DNA of 64,000 bases from Candidatus Bathyarchaeota archaeon (GTDB lineage: Archaea; Thermoproteota; Bathyarchaeia; Bathyarchaeales; Bathycorpusculaceae), in the NCBI GenBank assembly GCA_963767735.1, contig CAVYES010000005.1, forward strand, positions 1 to 64,000, given 5' to 3'. Numbering within the stretch: the stretch's first letter is position 1; the number at the start of each line of letters is the position of its first letter. Made by a program: the position numbers and the translations under genes. Positions 1 through 9,450 of this stretch are shown piece after piece. The notes under the pieces were generated by a model, which saw only the letters and a list, made by a program, of their open reading frames with translations, was not told the origin of the DNA and ran no database searches.

Positions 1-51
1 TGTCTTTTAAATAGTAAAAAACATCATTGCGTTGGTCACACGTGAAAAAAT

Positions 52-1320
52 ATGACTGAACCTGAAATCGTAGAAGAAAAGGAGCCAGATCCAAAAGAAC
101 CTGCCGATGAAGCCGTTGAACAAGTCCAAGCAGTTGAAGCAGTCAAACAAGATGAACCAGAAAAACCAGAATTAATAGACGAATTAACAGAAGAAAAACA
201 TGAAGAAGAAACTGCACCAGACAAGAAAGAAAAGAAGTTAAAAGCAAAACCCGCCATAACCGAAGCAGCTGAACCCGAACCAGAAACAGCAGAACCAGAA
301 TTGATCGAAGAGGGACCTGAAGAAGAAACTGAGTCGCCCAAGACAAAATACCAGTTTATTGAAGACCTTCCGGGTGTTGGTCCAGCGACTGCGCAGAAAC
401 TCCAGGAACTCGGCTATCACACGGTTGAATCGTTAGCGATGGCCACTATACGAGAACTTGAGCCGGTCGGGGTAAGCGAGAAGAAGGCTTTTCAAATAAT
501 TAGTGCAGCTCGCTCCACGATGGGTCTTTCCTTTGTGAGGGCTGATGAACTTTTCAAGACAAGAGCGGCTGTTCAGCGTTTGACCAGCGGAATCCAAGCT
601 TTGGACAACCTTTTGGCAGGAGGATTAGAAACACAAACCATCACGGAGTTTTATGGCGAATGCGACAGCGGCAAAAGCCAGGTATGCCATCAACTATGTG
701 TAAACGTGCAGTTGCCTCCTGAACGCGGCGGCTTAGGCGGCGGTGCACTCTACTTGGATACTGAGACAACCTTCAGGCTCGAACGTATAGTGCAGATAGC
801 TCAGCACTTAGGCTTGGATCCTCAGGAAGTAGCCAAAAACATCATCTACGCTGAAGCTTACACCTCTGATCATCAAATGTTTCTCTTAGAAAACGCCGAT
901 GAAATAATCAAGAAAAACAACATAAAACTAATCATTGTGGACTCTTTGACCGCGCACTTTCGAAACGAGTACCTGGGCAGAGAAATGTTAGCCCCAAGAC
1001 AGCAGAAACTAAACAAGCACATGCACAAACTCATCTCTTTGGCAAGAGCGTTTAACTGCGTGGCAATAGTTACGAATCAGGTTATGGCTAAACCGGACCA
1101 GTTCTTCGGCGATGCTATACATCCGATTGGCGGAAACATTGTAGGTCACACAAGTCAAACGCGGATTTACCTTCGTAAACCAAAAAGTGGATCTACACGG
1201 ATCGCGAGACTTGTTTCAAGTCCCTATCTGCCGGAGGGTGAAGAAATCTACAAGATAACTGAGAACGGCATAGAGGAAGTAACTGAGGAAGAAAAAGCTG
1301 CGAAAAAAGGCAGCCGCTAA
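52..1320 (+). CDS. radA: DNA repair/recombination protein RadA with ~95-aa acidic N-terminal extension
   Basis: HhH domain (IEDLPGVGPATAQKL), Walker A GECDSGKS, Walker B LIIVDS, and RadA motifs TNQV..KPD.FFGD, IGGNIVGH and RIARLVSSPYLPEGE. Confidence 0.9.
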   Translation: MTEPEIVEEKEPDPKEPADEAVEQVQAVEAVKQDEPEKPELIDELTEEKHEEETAPDKKEKKLKAKPAITEAAEPEPETAEPELIEEGPEEETESPKTKYQFIEDLPGVGPATAQKLQELGYHTVESLAMATIRELEPVGVSEKKAFQIISAARSTMGLSFVRADELFKTRAAVQRLTSGIQALDNLLAGGLETQTITEFYGECDSGKSQVCHQLCVNVQLPPERGGLGGGALYLDTETTFRLERIVQIAQHLGLDPQEVAKNIIYAEAYTSDHQMFLLENADEIIKKNNIKLIIVDSLTAHFRNEYLGREMLAPRQQKLNKHMHKLISLARAFNCVAIVTNQVMAKPDQFFGDAIHPIGGNIVGHTSQTRIYLRKPKSGSTRIARLVSSPYLPEGEEIYKITENGIEEVTEEEKAAKKGSR

Positions 1321-1430
1321 ATCAAGCTGTTGGTTCATTTATGCGGGGTACGAGCGTAAAAAAGCTGGCTGCTTAAGAGACATCCTGACTTGTAACGCCT
1401 GCTCTTGAGATTTTTGGCTCAAAGTGGCTG

Positions 1431-1835
1431 TTAAACGTCGGGCAGTTTCCATCCTTCTTTTATTTTTTTCCTGATTATCTCTTGGATTGCTGGGACTGTT
1501 AGAGCAAAGTCGATGTGCTCGCAGTCATTGCTTTTGTCTAAGTCGCAGAATATCCCTTCTGGTTTGAAGTAGATGTCTGCTATCATGTGGAGTTTGCGAT
1601 CCGTTATTCTTGCGCCGTCTGCGTCGATGTTGTAGTGTTCGAAACGCGGCATTTCTGCCATTTTGTACTGACTTAAAAGTTCTCTTAGAGCGTCCTTTAT
1701 TATTTCGGATCGGCTCTTGAATCCGTGTTTGCCGATTAACTTGTCCATTTCAACAACTATATCGTTTGGCAGCTTGATTGTTGTGTAGTTTCCTTCTATG
1801 GGGTCTTTCTCTATTCTCTTTGGCAACTCAATCAC
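1431..1835 (-). CDS. Ribbon-helix-helix (CopG/NikR-like) regulator with C-terminal Cys/His domain
   Basis: YTTIKLPNDIVVEMDKLIGKHGFKSRSEIIKDALRELL has the RHH pattern; C-terminal C-x6-C-x-H. Confidence 0.7.
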   Translation of the reverse strand: MIELPKRIEKDPIEGNYTTIKLPNDIVVEMDKLIGKHGFKSRSEIIKDALRELLSQYKMAEMPRFEHYNIDADGARITDRKLHMIADIYFKPEGIFCDLDKSNDCEHIDFALTVPAIQEIIRKKIKEGWKLPDV

Positions 1836-1842
1836 GATTTGA

Positions 1843-1860
1843 TTAGTAATGCATTACTAA
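1843..1860. promoter_or_regulatory. Perfect 18-bp palindrome, candidate RHH operator
   Basis: TTAGTAATGCATTACTAA lies between two divergent RHH genes; an extra half-site ATTACTAA is at ~1912-1919. Confidence 0.6.
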
Positions 1861-1981
1861 GATTATTATTTAACAATTCCTGTTAATAAATCACTCGCCT
1901 GGTGGCAATATATTACTAATAGATTGCAATAAACGCTTAAGTGGAACCCCTTTTATTATGCTATTATTAATAGGTGATTAA

Positions 1982-2152
1982 ATGGGCAAGAAAGAAGTGT
2001 ATGTAACAGTAAAGCTGCCAAAAACCTTGGTCGATGAAATCTTAGATCCCTTAGTTGGGGCGCATGGCTACTCAAGCAGAACTGAAGCCATAAAAGATGG
2101 CTTAAGAAGACTATCCGAAAAATACCAAAAAACAATATGTCGCGAGGCGTAG
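1982..2152 (+). CDS. Small RHH regulator (56 aa, not in ORF track), paralog of 1431..1835
   Basis: Manual translation: MGKKEVYVTVKLPKTLVDEILDPLVGAHGYSSRTEAIKDGLRRLSEKYQKTICREA. Confidence 0.7.
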   Translation: MGKKEVYVTVKLPKTLVDEILDPLVGAHGYSSRTEAIKDGLRRLSEKYQKTICREA

Positions 2153-2376
2153 CGGCTTTGAAAAGCAAGAATTTTAGATGCACGCTTTGCTCAGGTAAAA
2201 CCGAAAAGGTCTACGAGACAGAGCGCAACATATTTTTGCAATGTCCTCGCGACCATAAGGTTCCTAAAACTGAAAGACGCCCAGGTGACCCGCACAAGTA
2301 TCATGCACCAGTGTTTATGCTTCGCAAGACGGAATTTGAAGACTTTAGCAAGGCGACGATTGGTGGCGTAAGCTAA
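2137..2376 (+). CDS. Small zinc-ribbon-like hypothetical protein
   Basis: CxxC...CxxxH pattern; coupled to neighbouring ORFs. Confidence 0.5.
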   Translation: MSRGVAALKSKNFRCTLCSGKTEKVYETERNIFLQCPRDHKVPKTERRPGDPHKYHAPVFMLRKTEFEDFSKATIGGVS

Positions 2377-2609
2377 TGGAACATGCTAAGGTTTGCCCTT
2401 TTGCCGCTGCCAATCCACAGCAGGAAAACAGCGATTGCCTAGGCGACGCATGCGCATGTTACGTAAAAATGCACAAATCCATTCCTTCAGAACACTGCGA
2501 GATTGAATTTTTCTACCGCTATAAGGGCTGCGGACTAGTCGCTCATGTTCCTTGGGAACTGGTCAAACGCGAAGATCTCAAAAAGGGCAAAACTAAACCA
2601 GTAAATTAA
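2376..2609 (+). CDS. Small Cys-rich hypothetical protein
   Basis: TAATG overlap with previous ORF; CP..C..CAC..C pattern. Confidence 0.5.
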   Translation: MEHAKVCPFAAANPQQENSDCLGDACACYVKMHKSIPSEHCEIEFFYRYKGCGLVAHVPWELVKREDLKKGKTKPVN

Positions 2610-2647
2610 CTTCGGGAAAAAGATGAGTTATTGAAAGGTGGGAGGGA

Positions 2648-3100
2648 ATGGCTGAGCTTACGGATAATGCATCTACCCCAGATTGCATATTTGGCACCAA
2701 AGCCGGTTCAAATAACGGTAAGTCGGATTCTACCATGTCCGACGGCGCCAGCTCCTTATGCCCACTCGTCTATGTTCGGTACAAAGATCATGTGTTTTTT
2801 AAAAATATGCAAAATCCCAAAGCTGAAGCAATAGAGCGGGAGGCTATTGGTTGGGTAAAAGAGCAAACCGATGAGTTGTTGCTTCTTGTGAATGACCGCG
2901 CTATTTCAAGCCAGGGCAAAAACGTAAATGGGCTTATTATTTTGAAAAATTGTATTCTGGAAGCATATCCTCTGCTATTACAAAATAATTTAAAATGGGT
3001 TTTAAATTCAGCAAAGCCTACAGTGAAGGATGAGTATGCGTTCCGACCATCGGAGCGAAAAACTCACTCCCAAAATTCTAAGGGAGAGAAGAAGCCATGA
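2648..3100 (+). CDS. Hypothetical protein coupled to the integrase
   Basis: GGAGG-like SD upstream; ATGA overlap with the integrase start. Confidence 0.55.
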   Translation: MAELTDNASTPDCIFGTKAGSNNGKSDSTMSDGASSLCPLVYVRYKDHVFFKNMQNPKAEAIEREAIGWVKEQTDELLLLVNDRAISSQGKNVNGLIILKNCILEAYPLLLQNNLKWVLNSAKPTVKDEYAFRPSERKTHSQNSKGEKKP

Positions 3101-4527
3101 TCGAAAGAACAACAACCTTAGCCCCCGCTATAACTCGAACACGCAAACTCTCCATCGAACAATTAAAGGACCTTAAACTTCCGCTGATATTCCAACAAGA
3201 CATAATTATTATCGAAAGAAGCCTAAACGGCTGGAAACTACGAACGCCAATCAGCATAAACTTGGAAAAAGTCCTCGAAGCACAAGAAATCGGCTTAGTC
3301 GAATACATCATAAAATCCTGCCTTAGTTATCAACCAAGCATAATCCCATACATCTTTGAAAACAAAAGCCTCGTAAAAGTAGCCCGCCATTTCTTTAGAC
3401 ACCGCTCGGGCTCCCATGCAAGCTGCCTAATGTATGCAGTAAAGCTCCGAAAATACGCCATCTGGCTAGGACACAGCCCTGACACCATAATTCAAGACAT
3501 AAAACCAATCGGTGCTATCCCCGATCCAATTAAGGTTCAAAACCACAGCGGCTTTCTTAACGATTACGTAGCTGAACTTCAAGACAACGGCTTAAAACCA
3601 AACTCAGTTAACAATTGCATTAAAGCAGTCAAAACTTTCTACCGCGTAAACGGCGCTGAAGTAAAACTCTCTGAGCCTCTAGTCCGCAAAGCAGTCTACA
3701 AGGACAGAGCACCTAAACCAGAAGAAATCACCCTGATGCTAGACAAATCAGCCGTTCGAGAAAGCTTCATCATTGCAGCCATATCAACAGGCGGATTCCG
3801 AGAAGGAACATTCGCCAAACTAAAATACAGACACGTACGCGAAGACATAGAAGCCAACAGAATACCCATCCATATCCACGTCGAAGCAGCAATCACCAAA
3901 GGCAAATACCACGACTACGACACCTTCATTAACGCAGAAGCAAGCCAACTCCTGAAACTGTACATAGAGGACAGAAAACGCGGCACCAGATTTATGCCGC
4001 CAGAAGAACTCACCGACGACTCACCGCTAATCAGAAACGGTCGTATCGCCGACAGAGTACTTGGCGTTAGCGAAAAAACCATAAGCAAAATCGTCCACGA
4101 AGTCGCCGTTAGTACAAAAATCGCCAAAAAACTACCTGATAGCTGGATGTACAGTGTAAGGACACATAGCCTAAGAAAATTCTTTAGAACACAGATGAGC
4201 GCAGTAAAGCTTGATTCCGAAATCATCAACTACATGATGGGACACACAGTAGACACCTATGAGGACGTCCAGAGCTTAGGCATAGAGACACTAAGAAACA
4301 TGTATTCATCAGCCGGATTAGCAATTAGACCAAAGACACAAGCAAACCGAATCGACCAACTCAAAGAGATCATCCGCGCTTGGGGAGAAAACCCCGAGGA
4401 ACTCCTAACCAGAGATGCATTATTGCGGGGGAACATAACTGAGACCTCAGAACAGACACACAATCACCAGCTATCGATCCTAGCCGAGCAACTAAAAGAG
4501 CTCATAAAGAAGGAGGTCTCAACATAA
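3097..4527 (+). CDS. Tyrosine recombinase/integrase
   Basis: GGFREGT (catalytic Arg), ITKGK (Lys), HSLRKFF (HxxR), MMGH and DTY (Tyr). Confidence 0.9.
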   Translation: MIERTTTLAPAITRTRKLSIEQLKDLKLPLIFQQDIIIIERSLNGWKLRTPISINLEKVLEAQEIGLVEYIIKSCLSYQPSIIPYIFENKSLVKVARHFFRHRSGSHASCLMYAVKLRKYAIWLGHSPDTIIQDIKPIGAIPDPIKVQNHSGFLNDYVAELQDNGLKPNSVNNCIKAVKTFYRVNGAEVKLSEPLVRKAVYKDRAPKPEEITLMLDKSAVRESFIIAAISTGGFREGTFAKLKYRHVREDIEANRIPIHIHVEAAITKGKYHDYDTFINAEASQLLKLYIEDRKRGTRFMPPEELTDDSPLIRNGRIADRVLGVSEKTISKIVHEVAVSTKIAKKLPDSWMYSVRTHSLRKFFRTQMSAVKLDSEIINYMMGHTVDTYEDVQSLGIETLRNMYSSAGLAIRPKTQANRIDQLKEIIRAWGENPEELLTRDALLRGNITETSEQTHNHQLSILAEQLKELIKKEVST

Positions 4528-4704
4528 AAACATCCAAAAGACGGTACTTTTTCGCGTTCGCACCAGAAGAAACCAGCGGCCTCACCACCTTTTCACCAAT
4601 TGTCATATTGTCGGCCCAAGAACTATCTCTGAAGTCTCAGCAACTTTAACAAAAGTCAAGCTTTTCACAGCTCTTCATTTTTTTCCTAACTCTTCCACCA
4701 AACG

Positions 4705-5355
4705 CTAATTGCTTATTGCGGGTGCTTGGCGCAGATACTCTTCATTGTCTATCTGCTTGAGCATGAAATCAGCGATGTCTGATCTGGAAATCCAAGTGCT
4801 TACGTTACCATCTCCAACGTAGCCAGCCTTGACCTTTCCAGATTTGGGATCGTTGTTTAGCATCGTCAGCCGCACTATCGTCCACTCAAGATTAGAGTTG
4901 CGTACCATTTCCGCAGCATCGACTATGTCTTCGTACGCTCCATGCATCGTGGTCTTGACAAGGTTTACCATGGCTTTGGTTCGAAGGTTTGGCTTGTCAT
5001 TTGCATCTTTAGCACTAAGGGTTGAGGTCATGATTAGTCTTCGAACGCTCTGTTTTTTCATTGCTGCAATTATGTTTTGCATTCCCTGCGTTATGGGTTT
5101 GTTTTTTGAGCCTCCACGTGGACCCAATGCGCTGAGCACTGCGTTGGCTCCTTTTATCGCGTTTTCAATCAACACTTGATCAAACAATTCACCCTGAACA
5201 ACCGTTAAACGCTCATGACTAAGATTGAGCTTAGATGGGTTTCGTGCATAGGCGACCACTTCGTACCCTGCCGCCAGAGCCTGCTCAACAATTTGCTTAC
5301 CCGTGCCGCCTGTAGCTCCAAAAACAATGATTTTCATTAAATAGTCCTCTTCCAA
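4705..5355 (-). CDS. NAD(P)H-binding oxidoreductase (flavin reductase/BVR-B-like atypical SDR)
   Basis: Rossmann motif IIVFGATGGTG, plus LEWTIVR and ISRSDIADF; probable start at MKII. Confidence 0.85.
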   Translation of the reverse strand: MEEDYLMKIIVFGATGGTGKQIVEQALAAGYEVVAYARNPSKLNLSHERLTVVQGELFDQVLIENAIKGANAVLSALGPRGGSKNKPITQGMQNIIAAMKKQSVRRLIMTSTLSAKDANDKPNLRTKAMVNLVKTTMHGAYEDIVDAAEMVRNSNLEWTIVRLTMLNNDPKSGKVKAGYVGDGNVSTWISRSDIADFMLKQIDNEEYLRQAPAISN

Positions 5356-5458
5356 ACTGCGCTAAATAGCTGGTTGCATAAATCTTTTGCTTAAATCAGT
5401 TAGTTACAAAAGTAAATTCCTACAACTTATATAACAAAAGCCTCAAACAGCTTTTCAG

Positions 5459-6673
5459 GTGATTATAATGGTTAATTGGGGATCTATGGAAGACGCTCCT
5501 AAATGGTTTAATACACCGTGGACGAAGCTTGACTTTCCCTTTTCAGAGGAAGAAGAGCTTGAGATAGAAAGATATTGTGAGAAAATTAAGAAAAATATCG
5601 AGAAGGACAAGATGACACCTTGGGAACGCTGGAACGCCATGGTAAAAGGCCAAGAGGTTGACACGATCCACGTGCAAATCCATCCTGAAACTACATATTC
5701 TATCAGAGCACTTGACGGCTATGCTGATGCGGTGAAGCCGATAGACTCGTTTAAACATCCTAAACTATTCTTAAAAGCCCACTTAGCAACCATGGCGAAG
5801 TTCGGTTCGTTCGTTCCCCAGATTTACACCTATAGTTATGGTGAATCTGAGTGGGGCGGCAAGGCAAAGTATCTAGAGCGTGCTCACCCTGTTATGTTCG
5901 AATCCGGTGTTAAAACACCTGAAGATGTAGATAGATTGGTTGTTCCAGACCCTAGAAAAGACGGGGCTTATCCTGGCATGTTGTGGATGATTCATAACAT
6001 GAAAGCAGCTTTCAAAAAATACGGTCTTGGCGACATAATGCCGGTCGGCGCCTCATGTTGTACTCCTCCAGAATGGTTAGTCGGGCAAGTTATGCGCGGA
6101 TTGAAAATAGGCTTCCTTGAACCGATGAAAAATCCTGACTTATGGCACAAGGAGATTAGAAAAACAACTGACTTCGCGATACAATATGCAAAAGCACTTA
6201 GAGAAGCAGGCGCGGACATTGTGTGGTGCTGCCAGCATCATTCCGCTTGGCCTCCGAAAGTATTCAAAGACCACATTGCCCCATACTGTGCTGAATTTGC
6301 CAAAAAAGGCCCATTAGACGGATGGGGTTATGCCGGAAATCAGGAAGCACACGTACAAATTGCGGCTGATGCGGGCGCATATGAACCTTGTCAATTTCTA
6401 CATTTCACTACTGAAACACCGGTTGAATTCGTAAGAAAATTTACGAAAGATATTGATAAGGCGTATATTTGCGGTGAGCCCGACAAAGCGATTCTAACAG
6501 ATTTTCCGGCTATAGAAGCAACAGTTAAGCAGCATGTTAAGATTGGCACTTCGACTCCAGGCGTCGGATTCGGAATGGCGGTCGGCGCGATAGACTATTG
6601 GACACCTCCTCAGAACGTTGAGGCCTTTGTGAATTACGTGAAGCAATATGGGAAATATCCCATAAACCTGTAG
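5459..6673 (+). CDS. Uroporphyrinogen decarboxylase-family (MtaA/CmuA/MtgB-like) corrinoid methyltransferase
   Basis: MTPWER, VPDPRKDG.YP and TPPQNVEAFVNYVKQYG are UroD-family hallmarks; directly precedes a corrinoid protein. Confidence 0.8.
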   Translation: MIIMVNWGSMEDAPKWFNTPWTKLDFPFSEEEELEIERYCEKIKKNIEKDKMTPWERWNAMVKGQEVDTIHVQIHPETTYSIRALDGYADAVKPIDSFKHPKLFLKAHLATMAKFGSFVPQIYTYSYGESEWGGKAKYLERAHPVMFESGVKTPEDVDRLVVPDPRKDGAYPGMLWMIHNMKAAFKKYGLGDIMPVGASCCTPPEWLVGQVMRGLKIGFLEPMKNPDLWHKEIRKTTDFAIQYAKALREAGADIVWCCQHHSAWPPKVFKDHIAPYCAEFAKKGPLDGWGYAGNQEAHVQIAADAGAYEPCQFLHFTTETPVEFVRKFTKDIDKAYICGEPDKAILTDFPAIEATVKQHVKIGTSTPGVGFGMAVGAIDYWTPPQNVEAFVNYVKQYGKYPINL

Positions 6674-6708
6674 GAAGTTACAATTGGAGACATGGAGGAA
6701 AATAAAAT

Positions 6709-7368
6709 TTGACTACCAAGGAAGAGATTTTTGAGCAACTCAAGCAGGCAGTGATCGATGAAAATGAAGCGTTGGCGTGTGAGTTAACGCATAAAGCGTT
6801 GGATATGAAGATCGCTCCATACGATATTCTTATGAAGGGTTTACATCCTGGGTTGACTGTGGCAGGCGACAAATTCGCAAAGAACGAATTCTTCTTAACG
6901 GATCTAATAATGGTAGGAGACGTAACCAAATCCGTAATGGACATAATCCAGCCGTTGTTAAAATCGGAAAAGGCTGCTGTTGCAGGTAAAGTTGTGATCG
7001 GCACTGTCGAGGGAGATCTTCATGACATCGGTAAAAACATTGTTATATCAATGCTATGCGGTGCAGGATTTGATGTGACTGACATCGGCATTGACCAACC
7101 CGCCAAAAACTTTGTTGATAAAGCAATAGAGTTGAAGGCTGACATCATTGGCGCCTCAGCTATTCTTGGAGCTACGAAATTTCGAGTGAAGGACATTGAT
7201 GAGGAGATGAAAAAAGCAGGCATTAGGAAGAAAACTGGGTTGATTTGTGGTGGCTGGGGATTCACAGAAGATGTGGCAAAGGGTTTTGGAGCGGACGCCT
7301 CTGGTGAGGATGCTATGGAAGGTCTGAAGAAAACAGAGGCTTTGATGAAGAAGCTGAAAGAAAAATAG
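6709..7368 (+). CDS. Methyltransferase corrinoid (B12-binding) protein
   Basis: GTVEGDLHDIGKNIV (DxHxxG), cap domain EFFLTDLI, and GGW/GADA. Confidence 0.92.
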   Translation: MTTKEEIFEQLKQAVIDENEALACELTHKALDMKIAPYDILMKGLHPGLTVAGDKFAKNEFFLTDLIMVGDVTKSVMDIIQPLLKSEKAAVAGKVVIGTVEGDLHDIGKNIVISMLCGAGFDVTDIGIDQPAKNFVDKAIELKADIIGASAILGATKFRVKDIDEEMKKAGIRKKTGLICGGWGFTEDVAKGFGADASGEDAMEGLKKTEALMKKLKEK

Positions 7369-7568
7369 GCTTTTGCAATGCCCACCTTTACTAATCACTA
7401 ACTATTCAGTTCAGTTCACGTGACTATAAAAAACCCTTTTTTTCTTTTCACTCAAAAGATTATCGGACATATGCTGTTTTAGGAAGGGGGGTAACTTTTT
7501 TTGCAGAAAAAGCTGAAAAGTAGTTAGTCATATATAGTTAGAGCGTCCAAAACATAAATACATTGTAG

Positions 7569-8480
7569 ATGTTGGTGAAGAAGATATCAGCCAAAAGGTC
7601 TTTTGTCCCATACGCAAGTGGGGCACCCATGGGGAAAAATTCGCAAGATAAGGATAAGGCATTGACTGAACTTCTCGAATGGGGCTTTACTGGGCAAGAG
7701 GCGAGAATATACCTTTTCTTGTTGAAGGCAGGTCCGCAGAAAGCAAAAGAAATATGTCAAGTGATGAACGCAAACAAGGTTCAAGTCTACCGACACCTGA
7801 GAAAACTGCAAAGCAGAGCTATTATCGAATCTTCGATTGAAACCCCTGCATATTTTTCGGCTAACTCGATTGAACGAGTCGCTGAGGCAATTGTTGAATC
7901 CAAAAGGGCCGACGTGCTGATGATGGAGAACAGTCGGCAAAACTTGTTGAATGCTTTGAAAGCGATCAGGTACCCAGAACTTCCACTTACAACGGAAAGG
8001 TTTGATGTTGTAGAAGATTTAAAAAACATTTATTCAAAAGCCAAGGAATGCATGAAAAATGCAAAAACGGAGCTCGCAATATTAACTGAAGATTGGACAA
8101 ACGCTCCCGACGTGAAAGAGAACATCCGGTTGACGAAGATCACCGTTAATCGTGGAGTCAAACACAGAATCCTTAGCAAAGTTTCCGAGGGAAATAGTCG
8201 GTATCTTCGCACCCTCGTCAGGGGAGTGGGCAATATGAAGAACGTGGAATTGAGGCTTGCAGATTTGGATTCAGACGTATTTCCAAGCTTCGTGCTGAGA
8301 GACAGAGAAGAACTTATCTTAATAATCTCGAAAGATCCGCGTGGACACAAGCGAAAAGCTTTGATAACCAACAACAAGGAACTGGTTAGCGCATTCGGTA
8401 TCCTCTTCGATTCAGTCTGGAAGGAATCAAGGAATCTGGATGCGATAGAAGGCATGGCCTTGACTAAATTTGGTCATTAA
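7569..8480 (+). CDS. TrmB-family transcriptional regulator
   Basis: N-terminal HTH GFTGQEARIYLFLL...QVYRHLRKLQSR; C-terminal effector domain FVLRDREEL...FDSVW. Confidence 0.85.
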   Translation: MLVKKISAKRSFVPYASGAPMGKNSQDKDKALTELLEWGFTGQEARIYLFLLKAGPQKAKEICQVMNANKVQVYRHLRKLQSRAIIESSIETPAYFSANSIERVAEAIVESKRADVLMMENSRQNLLNALKAIRYPELPLTTERFDVVEDLKNIYSKAKECMKNAKTELAILTEDWTNAPDVKENIRLTKITVNRGVKHRILSKVSEGNSRYLRTLVRGVGNMKNVELRLADLDSDVFPSFVLRDREELILIISKDPRGHKRKALITNNKELVSAFGILFDSVWKESRNLDAIEGMALTKFGH

Positions 8481-8600
8481 ATAATTTTGTCACAACAGTT
8501 TTTCTTGAGTCAGTTACAAATGTTCCAAACTAGGGCTTAATTACTTACAAAGCTAAACAAGGAATTACCTATTCGGAAGAGCAATTTAGGATGGAGATAA

Positions 8601-8957
8601 ATGACTCAAAACAAAGAACAGTTGGCTGATCAAGTTATGAAAACCATTGAGGACAGGCTTAATGAAAACAAAAATCTATCATCAGAATGGGGCAAAATGG
8701 TTCAACAAGTTTTCACAGATATAGGCGTCGGCTACCGCTTAAAATTTGCTATGGACGGAACCGTATCAATTGAAAAAGTTCCGGCGTCACAAATTAACTT
8801 GAAAGACGCCGCCGCTACGGTCACTTGCGACAACGTGGAAACCATGAAAGGTTTTATCGATGGAATAATCAACCCCATGGAAGCAATGGGAAACAACCTG
8901 CTTAAGGTTAACGGAGACATGCAGGCGTTGTTCAAGCTGTTGCCAGCAATTAGTTAG
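8601..8957 (+). CDS. SCP2 sterol/lipid-binding domain protein
   Basis: AATVTCD...GFIDGIINPMEAMGNNLLKVNGDMQAL matches the SCP2 C-terminal pattern. Confidence 0.75.
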   Translation: MTQNKEQLADQVMKTIEDRLNENKNLSSEWGKMVQQVFTDIGVGYRLKFAMDGTVSIEKVPASQINLKDAAATVTCDNVETMKGFIDGIINPMEAMGNNLLKVNGDMQALFKLLPAIS

Positions 8958-9018
8958 CGGTGCACAAACTGCACGCCTCTTTAACGATTTAAGGATTTAG
9001 CAGCAGATATGGAAGCGA

Positions 9019-9396
9019 GTGTTGAGAAAATTTGTCGTGCAACATGAGGGATTGATAGTCTTGGTAAAGAAAATAGAGAGCGCAAACACAGCCCAATCGT
9101 ATCAATGTGAAAAGTGTGGGAGCACATATGCAATTATGGAAAGTGCCGCTGTTTGTGAAAGCAACCCAATTTCTCGGTTCAAATATGGAATTGGCGACAC
9201 GGTCTATGTTGAATTCATATCTCACCTTACGCAGAAGCACTTAAAATTTAGTGGAATCGTTGAGGGCAGATGGATAAAGGGTTTACCGAAAAATAATGAT
9301 CTCCCACACGAGAACATGTACAAGATACGCAGTGCTGATACGGACAAAGGCCTGATTTTGGTTCGACCTGAAAACCAGATATTCGGAAAACTGTAA
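9019..9396 (+). CDS. Hypothetical protein (CxxC knuckle plus KOW/SH3-like segment)
   Basis: YQCEKCG...C and FKYGIGDTVYV. Confidence 0.45.
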   Translation: MLRKFVVQHEGLIVLVKKIESANTAQSYQCEKCGSTYAIMESAAVCESNPISRFKYGIGDTVYVEFISHLTQKHLKFSGIVEGRWIKGLPKNNDLPHENMYKIRSADTDKGLILVRPENQIFGKL

Positions 9397-9450
9397 TCAA
9401 CGATGACTGAAGCTCGAAAGTAAGCTTCTCATAGGTAAACACAGTCAGGT

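Larger units (their letters stand above)
1431..4527. mobile_element. Small integrative element or remnant (RHH pair, small ORFs, integrase); ends not resolved
   Basis: Gene content only; no clear att direct repeat found. Confidence 0.55.

Noticed and set aside
4545-4585. att site of the first integrase element (GCGTTCGCACCAGAAG, similar to 28626-28640)
   Set aside because: The match is short and degenerate, with no partner copy at the left side of the element.
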